Positions 1-8,658 of a stretch of 64,000 nt of DNA are shown here, piece after piece. The DNA comes from Candidatus Latescibacterota bacterium (GTDB lineage Bacteria > Krumholzibacteriota > Krumholzibacteriia > WVZY01 > JAKEHA01), in the NCBI GenBank assembly GCA_963707635.1, contig OY970173.1, positions 2,848,001-2,912,000 on the forward strand, in the 5' to 3' direction. A program made the position numbers and the translations under genes. Each line of letters begins with the position of its first letter. The first letter of the stretch is position 1. The notes under the pieces were generated by a model that did no database searches, had not been told where the DNA came from, and saw nothing but the letters and a program-made list of their open reading frames with translations.

Positions 1-2
1 CC

Positions 3-170
3 GGCAGGCGGATCCGGGACGAACGGACCGCGGCGCTCGGGGCGGGTTGGCGAGAGGTTCCCTTCGAGGCGCGGAGCACAAACGGGAGTGTGCTCCCGAG
101 CGGAGTCTATTTCTATCGCGTGACGGCAGCGGGACAGTCCGTCAGGGGCAAGATGGTGATCGCCAGGTAG
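3..170 (+). CDS. 3' end (partial) of a secreted protein with a FlgD-Ig / T9SS type A-like C-terminal sorting domain
   Basis: Frame from nt 3 reads GRRIRDERTAALGAGWREVPFEARSTNGSVLPSGVYFYRVTAAGQSVRGKMVIAR*. The 'LPSGVYFYRV...KMVI' tail is typical of these domains. Not in the ORF track. Confidence 0.8.
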   Translation, partial: GRRIRDERTAALGAGWREVPFEARSTNGSVLPSGVYFYRVTAAGQSVRGKMVIAR

Positions 171-218
171 CGCCGCGCCGCCTCAAATGCTGCCGGGTCG
201 AAAAGTGCCACAAGAGTG

Positions 219-250
219 ACGGGCCACGCCTGTGTCGACGTGGCCCGTTT
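219..250. terminator. Hairpin next to the tRNA-Lys 3' fragment
   Basis: ACGGGCCACG-loop-CGTGGCCCGT followed by TT. Confidence 0.5.
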
Positions 251-254
251 CAGT

Positions 255-295
255 TGGTGCGCCGCGAAGGACTCGAACCTTTAGCCACCTGATTA
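255..295 (-). repeat. Duplicated 3' half of tRNA-Lys (attR-like direct repeat)
   Basis: 39/41 identity to 943-983. Begins in the anticodon loop and ends in CCA. Confidence 0.85.
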
Positions 296-426
296 TGCGT
301 GTGTCCGGCTGACACCCCTCAACTTGATAAATCGTGCGGGGCACGCTATGCTGAACTCCGGATGCCAGACGGCCCCGGGCACGTTGGCGCATAATCCATC
401 ACGCAGGTCACCGGAGGAATCCCGTT

Positions 427-879
427 ATGAAGACAATGCTTCGCCTGTTTCTCATGCTTGCAAGCGTCGTGACGCTTGTCGTCCATCTCGGTTGTTCCAA
501 CTCCGGTGGCACTAGCGCCGTCGGCAAGACCCTCTATGAGCAGTTGGGGGGCGAAGACGGCGTAACCCGACTCGCCAACCAGTTCGGCACCAGCCTCCAG
601 GCCGACCCCGATCTGTCCCAGCTCTTGAGCGCAGAGGTGATTGAAAACGCCAAGGCCGGCCTGACCAACGACATCAAGAAGGCGAGCAACATGAGCGCTG
701 GCGACATGTCACTCGACAGCGCACTCAAAGACCAGAAGCTCGATGCCAACACCCTCGCCGGCGTCAACAATGCAATCGTCCAGGCCGCGAAGGGCATGAA
801 CCTCAGCCAGGCGACGACCGATGGCCTCACGAACCTGATCAAGCCGCTCGCCCACAGTGTGCTGGAGCCGAAATTGTAG
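427..879 (+). CDS. Truncated-globin-like lipoprotein
   Basis: GGAGG RBS, lipobox LGC, and TLYEQLGGEDGV resembling the group I trHb N-terminus. No His at the expected proximal position. Confidence 0.65.
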   Translation: MKTMLRLFLMLASVVTLVVHLGCSNSGGTSAVGKTLYEQLGGEDGVTRLANQFGTSLQADPDLSQLLSAEVIENAKAGLTNDIKKASNMSAGDMSLDSALKDQKLDANTLAGVNNAIVQAAKGMNLSQATTDGLTNLIKPLAHSVLEPKL

Positions 880-902
880 GAGGCTCGCCAGGACAGGAGA
901 AG

Positions 903-937
903 AAACGGCCCGCATCTTTCGATGCGGGCCGTTCTTG
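903..937. terminator. Probable bidirectional intrinsic terminator between the globin-like gene and tRNA-Lys
   Basis: AACGGCCCGCATC-TTTC-GATGCGGGCCGTT perfect stem with A/T flanks. Confidence 0.75.
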
Positions 938-942
938 TTAGT

Positions 943-1017
943 TGGTGCGCCGCGAAGGACTCGAACCTTCAACCACCTGATTAAGAGTCAGATGCTCTAC
1001 CATTGAGCTAGCAGCGC
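943..1017 (-). tRNA. tRNA-Lys(CTT)
   Basis: GCGCTGCTAGCTCAATGGTAGAGCATCTGACT-CTT-AATCAGGTGGTTGAAGGTTCGAGTCCTTCGCGGCGCACCA cloverleaf. Confidence 0.97.
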
Positions 1018-1033
1018 ATTATTTTCGAACCGA

Positions 1034-1468
1034 CTAGAAAGGAAGGTCGTCGTCGGTGCTCGCCGCCGCCTGCGGAGCCGGTTCCGCCGCGAAGTCCTGC
1101 GGCACAAAGTCACTGCTGCCGCCGCCACCTTCGCCCGCCCGGCCCAGCATGGTCATGTTGTTGGCGACCACTTCGGTCGTGGATCGCTTTTGACCCTGCT
1201 GGTCCTCCCACTGGCGTGTCTGCAACCGGCCCTCGATGTAGACCTGCTTCCCCTTCTTCAAGTACTGCTGGCAGATCTCCGCGAGCTTGCCCCACGCGAC
1301 GATGCGATGCCATTCGGTCCGCTCCTCTTTCTCGCCGCTCTTGTTGGTGAAGCGTTCCGACGTCGCAATGTTGAAGTTCGCAACCGCCGTCCCCTGCGGT
1401 GTATACCGCACGGTCGGGTCGCTGCCGAGATTGCCGATCAGAATAACCTTGTTCACCCCACTCATCAC
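1034..1468 (-). CDS. ssb: Single-stranded DNA-binding protein
   Basis: [19 protein letters not shown]-terminal DDDLPF. Confidence 0.98.
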   Translation of the reverse strand: MMSGVNKVILIGNLGSDPTVRYTPQGTAVANFNIATSERFTNKSGEKEERTEWHRIVAWGKLAEICQQYLKKGKQVYIEGRLQTRQWEDQQGQKRSTTEVVANNMTMLGRAGEGGGGSSDFVPQDFAAEPAPQAAASTDDDLPF

Positions 1469-1599
1469 AAACCTCCCATTCTTTCAGTAGCTTGTCCGGG
1501 CGGGCCAATCCCCGCCCCGGACTTCATTTATACCGGATGGGGGCCGCGGGGTCAAGGGCCGCCCCGGCGCGCCGTGCCTCTGGACTGAAGGGGGAGGAA

Positions 1600-1677
1600 T
1601 GGGGTGGATGATGGGACTCGAACCCACGACAACCGGATCCACAATCCGGGGCTCTAACCAGCTGAGCTACACCCACC
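1600..1677 (-). tRNA. tRNA-His(GTG)
   Basis: Cloverleaf with G-1 (8-bp acceptor stem), anticodon arm CCGGATT-GTG-GATCCGG, CCA end. Confidence 0.97.
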
Positions 1678-1755
1678 ACCGTGTGACGCCGAATCCTAAG
1701 GCCCGCGACCGCGTGTGTCAAGGCAGCCCCGGCACCGGGAATAAGCAGCGGGTCG

Positions 1756-1766
1756 TGTGGTACAAT
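1756..1766 (+). promoter_or_regulatory. Extended -10 element for the NmrA-like gene
   Basis: TGTGG-TACAAT ~37 nt upstream of the ATG, which has an AGGAGG RBS. Confidence 0.5.
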
Positions 1767-1802
1767 CCGACCTCGAAATTCTACTAATCAGGAGGCGTCA
1801 TC

Positions 1803-2753
1803 ATGGCAGCGAAAAAGATTCTGGCGGTGGTGGGTGCGACCGGGGCCCAGGGCGGTTCTCTAGCGCGCGCGATCCTGGGCGACAAGGCGGGTGATTTCAG
1901 CCTGCGCGCGATCACGCGCAAGGTCGATTCCGACAAGGCGAAGGAGCTCAAGAAGTCGGGAGCGGAGGTAGTCGCCGCCGACCTCGACGACGTCGAGAGC
2001 CTCAAGCGCGCGTTCGACGGCGCCTACGGTGCGTTCTGCATCACGAATTTCTGGGAGCACTTTTCCGCCGAGAAGGAATTCACGCAGGCAAACCACATGG
2101 CGAAAGCCGCGAAGCACGCGAACGTGAAGCACGTCATCTGGTCGACGCTCGAAGACACGCGCCGGTGGGTGCCCTTAAGCGACGACCGCATGCCGACGCT
2201 GGGGGGCAAGTACAAGGTGCCGCACTTCGACGGCAAGGGCGAGGCGGATCACCTGTTCACCGAGGTCGGCGTCCCGACGACGTTTCTGCTGACATCCTTC
2301 TACTGGGAGAACCTCATCTATTTCGGCGCGGGCCCGAAACCCGGGCCGGACGGCAAGCTCGCCCTTACCTATCCGATGGGCGACAAGAAGCTCCCCGGCA
2401 TCGCGGTCGAAGACATCGGCAAGTGCGCGTACGCGGTGTTCAAGAAGGGGAACCAGTTCGTGAACAAGACGATCGGGATCGCCGGCGAGCACCTGACCGG
2501 CGCGCAGATGGCGGCAGCGTTGACGAAGGCGCTGGGCCAGGAAGTCCGCTACAACTCCGTGACGCCGGAAGTGTACCGGAGCTTCGGCTTCCCGGGCGCG
2601 GACGACATGGGCAACATGTTCCAGTTCAAGCGCGACTTCGAGTCGGTGTTCTGCGGGGCGCGGAGTCTGGAGTTTTCGCGGTCGCTCAATCCCGCGATGC
2701 TGACCTTCGACGCGTGGCTCGCGCGCAACAAGGACCGCATCCCGCTCACGTAA
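1803..2753 (+). CDS. NmrA/HSCARG family NAD(P)-binding protein
   Basis: GATGAQGG Rossmann motif, VPHFDGK. Confidence 0.92.
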   Translation: MAAKKILAVVGATGAQGGSLARAILGDKAGDFSLRAITRKVDSDKAKELKKSGAEVVAADLDDVESLKRAFDGAYGAFCITNFWEHFSAEKEFTQANHMAKAAKHANVKHVIWSTLEDTRRWVPLSDDRMPTLGGKYKVPHFDGKGEADHLFTEVGVPTTFLLTSFYWENLIYFGAGPKPGPDGKLALTYPMGDKKLPGIAVEDIGKCAYAVFKKGNQFVNKTIGIAGEHLTGAQMAAALTKALGQEVRYNSVTPEVYRSFGFPGADDMGNMFQFKRDFESVFCGARSLEFSRSLNPAMLTFDAWLARNKDRIPLT

Positions 2754-2801
2754 GCCCGAACGAACGATTGGCGCGGGTGGCGAGGCGACAGGACCCGCGC
2801 G

Positions 2802-3947
2802 CTACAAGCCAAGTAGCGGGCCGATGATGGTGCGCTGGATTTCCGACGTGCCCGAGTACAGGGTGCTGGCGAGGGCGTCGCGCAGCTCGCGCTCGATGCC
2901 GTATTCCACCATGTAGCCGTAGCCGCCGTGGATCTGGAGCGCGTGGCGGGCGCACTCGACCCACGACTCGCTGATGTAGAGCTTGGCCAGCGCGGCCTCG
3001 AGGTACACGCTCCGGCCCCGGGACTTTTGCCAGGCCGACTGGTACAGGAGGCCGCGGGCAGTCTCGAGGCGGATCTTCATGTCGACGATCTTTGACGAGA
3101 TCAGCTGGAACTTGCCGATCGGCTGCCCGAACTGCTCGCGCTCGTTGGCGTAGCGGATCGACGTTTCCAGCAGCCGCCGCATCGCTCCCACCGCGCCGGC
3201 CAGGATGCAGCCGCGCTCCCACGACATCGAGTCGGCGAAGAGCATCTTGCCGGCGCCCTCGCGGCCGAGCCGGTTCGCCTCCGGCACCACGCAGTCTTCG
3301 AAAAACACCTCGCACATGGGCGAGGTCCGGATGCCCATCTTGTGCGTGTGCTTGCCCAGCGAAAGGCCCGGCGAGTTCCGTTCCACCAGGAAGCCGGTGA
3401 CACCGTTGGGGCCGAGCGACGGGTCAATAGTAGCAAACGCGAGGTAGATATCCGCCACCGGGCCGTTGGACACGAACACCTTGCCGCCATTGAGCACATA
3501 GGCGTCGCCCTTCTTCTTCGCCGTGGTGGCGATCGAATAGGCGTCGGAGCCCGAATTCGGCTCCGACATCGCGTTGGCGCCGATCAGCTCCCCGCTGCAC
3601 AGCCTCGGCAGGAATTTCTTCTTCTGCTCCTCGGTTCCGAATCCCATCAGCGGCGTCTCGAGCGTCCACATGTGCGCGTTGATGGAGAACACGAGTCCGT
3701 TGTCCTGGCACCCGTAGCCGAGACTCTCGAGCACGCCGACGGTGGTGAGCGCGTCCATGCCCATGCCGCCGTATTCGACCGGAACCGGGAGCCCGTGCAC
3801 ACCCATGGCCGCGCACTTCTTCCAGCCCTCGCGGTTGAACTCGCCCTTCTGATCGCGCTCGATGATGCCGTCGTTGAGTTCCTCGCGCGCGAATTTCGCG
3901 ATGCTCTCGCGCAGCTGGGTTTGCTCTTCGGACCAGGAGAAATCCAT
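2802..3947 (-). CDS. Acyl-CoA dehydrogenase family, probable L-prolyl-PCP dehydrogenase (PltE/RedW/CloN3-like)
   Basis: Start MDFSWSEEQ, SEPNSGSD, LNGGKVFVSNG, QIHGGYGY, YSGTSEIQR; follows the A domain and carrier protein genes. Confidence 0.88.
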   Translation of the reverse strand: MDFSWSEEQTQLRESIAKFAREELNDGIIERDQKGEFNREGWKKCAAMGVHGLPVPVEYGGMGMDALTTVGVLESLGYGCQDNGLVFSINAHMWTLETPLMGFGTEEQKKKFLPRLCSGELIGANAMSEPNSGSDAYSIATTAKKKGDAYVLNGGKVFVSNGPVADIYLAFATIDPSLGPNGVTGFLVERNSPGLSLGKHTHKMGIRTSPMCEVFFEDCVVPEANRLGREGAGKMLFADSMSWERGCILAGAVGAMRRLLETSIRYANEREQFGQPIGKFQLISSKIVDMKIRLETARGLLYQSAWQKSRGRSVYLEAALAKLYISESWVECARHALQIHGGYGYMVEYGIERELRDALASTLYSGTSEIQRTIIGPLLGL

Positions 3948-3952
3948 GTTCG

Positions 3953-5518
3953 CTACTCCATCTTCATGAGGGTCTGATAGTCGGTCTTCTCGGTGGATGT
4001 CTTGGGCAGCTCGGCGTGAAAGCTGAACACGTCCGGGATCATGTACACCGGCAGGTGCTCGGCGCAAAACGCCTTGAGCTTGATCAGCGAGAGCCGGGCA
4101 CCGTCGCGGGTGGCGAGGTGGGCGCGCACCTTCATCCCGAGCTCCTCGTCGGGCAGCGCCACCACCGCAGCCTCGCGAATGTCCGGGTGCCGGTACAGAC
4201 ACGACTCGATCTCGCCCAGCTCGACCCGGTAGCCGCGTTTCTTGACCATGCGATCCTTGCGGCCGGCGTAGGTGTAGTTGCCGCCACCGGCTTCGGTCAC
4301 GATGTCGCCCGTCTTGTACCAGCGTACCGCCGCCGCGCGCGGGCCGGTGTCGAGGTAGGCCTTGGCGGTCTGCTCGGGCAAACTCCAGTAGCCCGAGGTC
4401 ACCGACGGACCGCTGATGCACAGCTCGCCGCGCTCGCCCCGGGGCACATCGTTTCCCCCCTCGTCGACGACCACGGCTTCCAAATGCGAGCACACGACAC
4501 CGATGGGAAACGGGTCGACCCGATCGGCGGGAATCTCCGGGGGCAGCTCGTAGAATGTGCACACGTTCGTCTCGGTGGGCCCGTACAGGTTGAAGTACCG
4601 CGGCTTCGGCATGATCTTGTGCAGCGCCTTCAGGTGGACGATCGGAAACACCTCGCCGGCGAAGAGCACGGTGCGAATGTGGGAGAGATCGTAGGTCTCG
4701 AGCTTCCCATACTGCACGAGCAGGCTCAAGATGGACGGAGTCGAGTACCACACCGTGATCCGGGCATCGTGGATCAACTGCGCGAGCTTCTGCGGCTCCT
4801 TGCCCACGTCCTCGGGGATCAGGGCGAGCGTGGCGCCGTGCTTGAGCGGGGTGTAGATGTCGAGGATCGACAGGTCGAAATGAAACGGCGCGTGCGACGA
4901 AAACACGTCCGCCGGCACGGGCGAAAACGTCTCGCTGCACCAGTCCACGAAGCTGGTTGCGTTGCGGTGGGACAGCATTACGCCCTTGGGTCTCCCGGTG
5001 GACCCCGACGTGTAGAGGATGTACGCCAGCGCGTCGGCGTCGGGATACACGCTCGACGTCGCCGGGGCCGGCGTCTTCGCATCGCCGGCGTCCAATGCGT
5101 CGCGCAGCCCGCCTCCCCCACCGACATGGCCCAGCACGATCAGCGCGGGGCTCGAACCCTCGCGCGCGAGCTCGCTGCGCAGGGTCGCTTCGAAGCGCTT
5201 CTCGGTGACCGCCACCTTCACCGAACAGTTGTTCAGGATGTACGCGTTGCGTGTCGCCGGCGCGGTCGGGTCGACGGGCACGTAGGCCGCGCCGGCCTTG
5301 AGCGTCCCGAAGATCGCGGCCACCGTGTCGATCGACTTGCCGAGATAGATACCCACGCGATCGCCCGGCCGGACGCCGAGGTGGACGAGGCGGTCGCGCA
5401 GGCGGTCGGACAATCCGCCGAGCTCGCCGTACGTGATCGCCGCGTCGCCCGGCTCGCGGATCGCCGTCTTTGTGGCGAAGCGGGTCACCGAATGGTCCAG
5501 ATATTCGTGCAACGTCAT
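3953..5518 (-). CDS. Stand-alone amino acid adenylation enzyme, probable L-proline--PCP ligase (PltF/RedM/CloN4-like)
   Basis: YTSGSTGRPKG, FDLS, YGPTETNVC, YKTGD; specificity positions read by eye as DLLYLALVCK. Confidence 0.85.
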   Translation of the reverse strand: MTLHEYLDHSVTRFATKTAIREPGDAAITYGELGGLSDRLRDRLVHLGVRPGDRVGIYLGKSIDTVAAIFGTLKAGAAYVPVDPTAPATRNAYILNNCSVKVAVTEKRFEATLRSELAREGSSPALIVLGHVGGGGGLRDALDAGDAKTPAPATSSVYPDADALAYILYTSGSTGRPKGVMLSHRNATSFVDWCSETFSPVPADVFSSHAPFHFDLSILDIYTPLKHGATLALIPEDVGKEPQKLAQLIHDARITVWYSTPSILSLLVQYGKLETYDLSHIRTVLFAGEVFPIVHLKALHKIMPKPRYFNLYGPTETNVCTFYELPPEIPADRVDPFPIGVVCSHLEAVVVDEGGNDVPRGERGELCISGPSVTSGYWSLPEQTAKAYLDTGPRAAAVRWYKTGDIVTEAGGGNYTYAGRKDRMVKKRGYRVELGEIESCLYRHPDIREAAVVALPDEELGMKVRAHLATRDGARLSLIKLKAFCAEHLPVYMIPDVFSFHAELPKTSTEKTDYQTLMKME

Positions 5519-5534
5519 GGGCGCGACTTTAGGA

Positions 5535-5786
5535 TCAAAGCTTGCCGTGAACGAGTTTGGAAATGAGCGCCAGCGTGTTCAGGTTCTCGATATCGGCCTC
5601 GTGAGCCTCCACCGTGATGTTGAACTTCTGCTCGAGGAACGTCACCAGCTTGAGTGTCGCCAGCGAATCCAGGATCCCCGTGGTCACCAGCGGGGTGTCG
5701 TCGGTGAGCTCGTCCGGGTCCTCGCCCGGAAGGAACTCCGTCAGTATGTACTTCTTCACTACATCGTGAATTGCCTGTTGCTCCAC
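5535..5786 (-). CDS. Acyl/peptidyl carrier protein
   Basis: GTG start after AAAGGAAG, 83 aa, GILDSL phosphopantetheine Ser motif. Confidence 0.88.
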   Translation of the reverse strand: MEQQAIHDVVKKYILTEFLPGEDPDELTDDTPLVTTGILDSLATLKLVTFLEQKFNITVEAHEADIENLNTLALISKLVHGKL

Positions 5787-5903
5787 GCCACTTCCTTTCG
5801 TTGGCAGTCCGTTCATCCGGCGGGCTGCTGCCCGAGCGAGGCCAGCATCCGTCCCCGCAAGTTTGTCGTGCAGCTGGTCGGCCAGCAACCGGCCGGGGCA
5901 GGG

Positions 5904-6395
5904 CTAATCCTGGTATCCCTCGCAGAAGTCGACTTCCAGGATTTCGAACGTCTTCACGCCGACCGGAAGCCGCACGTCGACCACCTCGCCCCTGGCGTGG
6001 CCGATCAGCGCGCTCGCCAGCGGTGAGTTGTAGGCGATGACGCCGTTTTCGGGGTCGGTCTCGCCGTCGCCGAGAATCGTGCACTCGCGCTGGGCGCCGG
6101 TCTTGACGTCGCGAATCTTGATCTTCTTTCCGAACGTGACCGACTCCGCGGGAAGCAGCTCTTCCCTGCGCACGACGTTCGCGCCCGTGAATCGTTCCTG
6201 GAGTTGGCGCAATTTGGCGGCCGTGAGCACCTGCTTCTCCTTCGCCGCGTGGTACTCGCCGTTCTCCTTCAGGTCCCCGTGGGCGGCCGCCGTCGCGATC
6301 TCCTTCGCGATGTCGTTTTTCAGAAGCTTCTCGAGGCGGGCAATCTCGTCCCCGAGCTTGCGATACCCGTTTTCCGTAAAGAAATACTGAGCCAT
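5904..6395 (-). CDS. greA: Transcription elongation factor GreA
   Basis: AHGDLKENGEYHAAKE, YNSPLASALIG; start MAQYFFT. Confidence 0.92.
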   Translation of the reverse strand: MAQYFFTENGYRKLGDEIARLEKLLKNDIAKEIATAAAHGDLKENGEYHAAKEKQVLTAAKLRQLQERFTGANVVRREELLPAESVTFGKKIKIRDVKTGAQRECTILGDGETDPENGVIAYNSPLASALIGHARGEVVDVRLPVGVKTFEILEVDFCEGYQD

Positions 6396-6532
6396 ATCAC
6401 CTTTCGTATTCCCGCGCTGACGTACCTCGACCGGGGGGATCACGACAAGCCCGTCGTTGGCAGGACCTCTATTGTAAACGGTCCCCATGGCCCCCGTCCA
6501 CATGCAGCCAACGCGCCACCCCGGGCCGGAGC

Positions 6533-6548
6533 TGGTGCGCCTCTTGCA
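6533..6548 (+). promoter_or_regulatory. Candidate sigma-54 promoter
   Basis: TGGTGCGCCTCTTGCA, GG-N10-GC spacing, upstream of the OMP gene. Confidence 0.45.
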
Positions 6549-6612
6549 CAAGTGGAGCGCACACGGCAACTGAGACCCGGCACGAATCCGCTCCCGACAT
6601 GGAGGCTTTGAA

Positions 6613-7189
6613 ATGAAACGAGTTAGTGTGGCCCTGGTGGCGATGGCAATTTGCACGTTGCTCGCCAGTCAGGCATCGGCCGCGGCAAATCTTGCCCTGC
6701 GCGGCATCGGACTCAAGGCAGGCGTCGTCAATCCAGAGGAAGTGGACATGACGCTCGGCCTGGGGCTCATTGTCGACCTCGGCACCGTGCATCCCAATAT
6801 CGCCCTGGAAAGCTACGCGGGGTTCTGGTCGCAGACCGAAGACTTCTACGGATCGGAATTCCGGGTGCGCGACATCGCCATCGGCGCGAAGGGCAAGTAC
6901 TTGTTCAAGATCTCCAATCCCTCCGTGCAGCCCTTTGCCGGAGCCGGGCTCGGGACTTCACTTCCTCAACGCGAATGCGGAAACCCCACCGTTCTCATTC
7001 GGCGGGGTTACCATTCCGGGAACATCCGTGGGCGACACCGACACCGAGCTCGGGCTGGATCTCGGCGGCGGGCTTCGCATCGACACCGGCAGCCAGTTCT
7101 CGTTCGTCGCGGAGAGCTGGTTCACACTCGTGAGCGACGTGAATCATTTCTCGCTGATGGCCGGCGCCGTCTACATGTTCGGCCGCTAG
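6613..7189 (+). CDS. Small outer-membrane beta-barrel (OmpA-like/porin family); +1 frameshift near 6952
   Basis: Signal peptide; PFAGAGLG joins LHFLNA...GAVYMF if one G of CTCGGGACTT is removed. Confidence 0.8.
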
Positions 7190-7210
7190 CATCCGGGAGC
7201 GAGCACGCGC

Positions 7211-7250
7211 AAGAAGGCGCCCCGCGATGATTCGCGGGGCGCTTTTTCTT
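7211..7250. terminator. Bidirectional intrinsic terminator
   Basis: AAGAAGGCGCCCCGCGA-TGAT-TCGCGGGGCGCTTTTTCTT between convergent genes. Confidence 0.85.
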
Positions 7251-8416
7251 CAGCGTTCCGTCAGTTTCCGGAGATCCTTGATGCTCGTCTGCCCCTCCGG
7301 AACCGCCCGGGCCGGGACGTTGGACGCCGAGCTTCGGTAGCCCTCGAGAAATGTGAGCGCCTGTCTGGCGACCTCCGACTTCGGGGCCTGGCGGATCGAT
7401 TTCTCGAGCAGGTAGTCGGTCTCCGAGATCCAGAACGAGTGGGAAACATACGACTCTGCCACCCCGAGAAGATAGTAGGCCTCCGCGAGGATCACATCGT
7501 CCTGCGGATTGGACCGCAGATACCGGTGCACGATCGTGATTGCGCCGATGAACTCGACCATGCGCGAGTGGTCCGACGCCGAGGCTGTCTTCTCCCTCGC
7601 GTCCGCCACCATGCGCCGCGCCGCACTCATCTCCTCACCCTTGGGGGGTTCGAGGTTCAGCGTCTCCAGCGACTTGATCCAGATTCGCGCTTGCGCCTTG
7701 ACGTCTTCCGGCATGTCCGGACGGTTGACAAACTGCGTGAGCGTCGACACCGGACGCTTGGTATCGTACATGGCCCCGATGGAGACCCTGAGGTAGTTTT
7801 CGAACGTGTTGAACGTCGCCAGGTCCTCCGCGCTCACATTGGGAGAGAGAAAGGTCTCCTCGTATGTCTTCATGGCGTCGGAAAACTGGCGGCTGGCAAC
7901 CTGGAGTTTGGCGCGAACGGCCGGGGGGAAGCTCTTCGCGTTGATGGCGTCGAGAAACTCCTTGCCGGGATCGAACGGTCTCTCGGCCGGCCGCTTGGTG
8001 TGGCACGTCACGCAGTTCTCGGTGATCTGGCCCACGATGAACCTCGACCCCATGTAGTTGGCGTCCCGAAAGCTATCGAGCGCTTCTTGCGAGTCTCTCG
8101 CAATGGACCGGCGCACAAAGTCGAAGCTCGGGTCGAGCCCACCGCCGTGCTCTTTCAGTTGGCCGGCACCCTCGCCGAGCGCTACCAGCAGGCGCCCGAT
8201 TTCCTCGTGATTCTGTGGGTCTTCAAAGGCATCGGCATTGAGGGCGTACCGGTAGAGGTTGGAAACGACCACGAACAGGCCGCGCATCGCCGCCCAGGTG
8301 GCCGTCTGCCCGGATTCCTGTGACGATCCGACTCCTGCGCCAAGTGCGATCGTCACCGCCACGACACCGAACAACAGCACACCCCCTAGACGCCGCCTGG
8401 TTTTCATTTTACTCAC
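7250..8416 (-). CDS. Secreted monoheme c-type cytochrome (cytochrome c'-like helical domain) with TPR-like C-terminus
   Basis: Signal peptide, single CVTCH at the end of a helical N-terminal region, AEAYYLLGVAE TPR-like helix. Confidence 0.6.
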   Translation of the reverse strand: MSKMKTRRRLGGVLLFGVVAVTIALGAGVGSSQESGQTATWAAMRGLFVVVSNLYRYALNADAFEDPQNHEEIGRLLVALGEGAGQLKEHGGGLDPSFDFVRRSIARDSQEALDSFRDANYMGSRFIVGQITENCVTCHTKRPAERPFDPGKEFLDAINAKSFPPAVRAKLQVASRQFSDAMKTYEETFLSPNVSAEDLATFNTFENYLRVSIGAMYDTKRPVSTLTQFVNRPDMPEDVKAQARIWIKSLETLNLEPPKGEEMSAARRMVADAREKTASASDHSRMVEFIGAITIVHRYLRSNPQDDVILAEAYYLLGVAESYVSHSFWISETDYLLEKSIRQAPKSEVARQALTFLEGYRSSASNVPARAVPEGQTSIKDLRKLTER

Positions 8417-8475
8417 CTCGCTGAGTTCAAGTAGTTCCGTCCATGCGACCAGGATTTCGCGGCCGTTGCAAGCTA

Positions 8476-8552
8476 TGGCGACCCCGCCAGGGATTGAACC
8501 TGGAACATCCAGCTTAGAAGGCTGGTGCTCTATCCAATTGAGCTACGGGGTC
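8476..8552 (-). tRNA. tRNA-Arg(TCT)
   Basis: GACCCCGTAGCTCAATTGGATAGAGCACCAGCCT-TCT-AAGCTGG...GGGGTCGCCA. Confidence 0.96.
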
Positions 8553-8658
8553 GCTTCTCGAATAATAGCACGCGGAATACCGCGAGTGCGTCCCCGGAAA
8601 CGAGAAGCGGCCGGTCGTCGTTCGGCCGGCCGCTCCGTCGCAACTGTACGAAGGCCGT

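Noticed and set aside
255..295. Second tRNA-Lys gene
   Set aside because: Only the 3' half is present; there is no D arm or 5' acceptor strand, so it is treated as an att remnant.
2802..4940. 712-aa ORF as a fusion protein
   Set aside because: The N-terminal part is an alternate-frame overlap of the A-domain gene; the real start is ATG 3947.
3953..5786. dltA/dltC D-alanylation system
   Set aside because: No DltB/MBOAT or DltD is present; the adjacent dehydrogenase and the specificity code favour prolyl-to-pyrrolyl chemistry.
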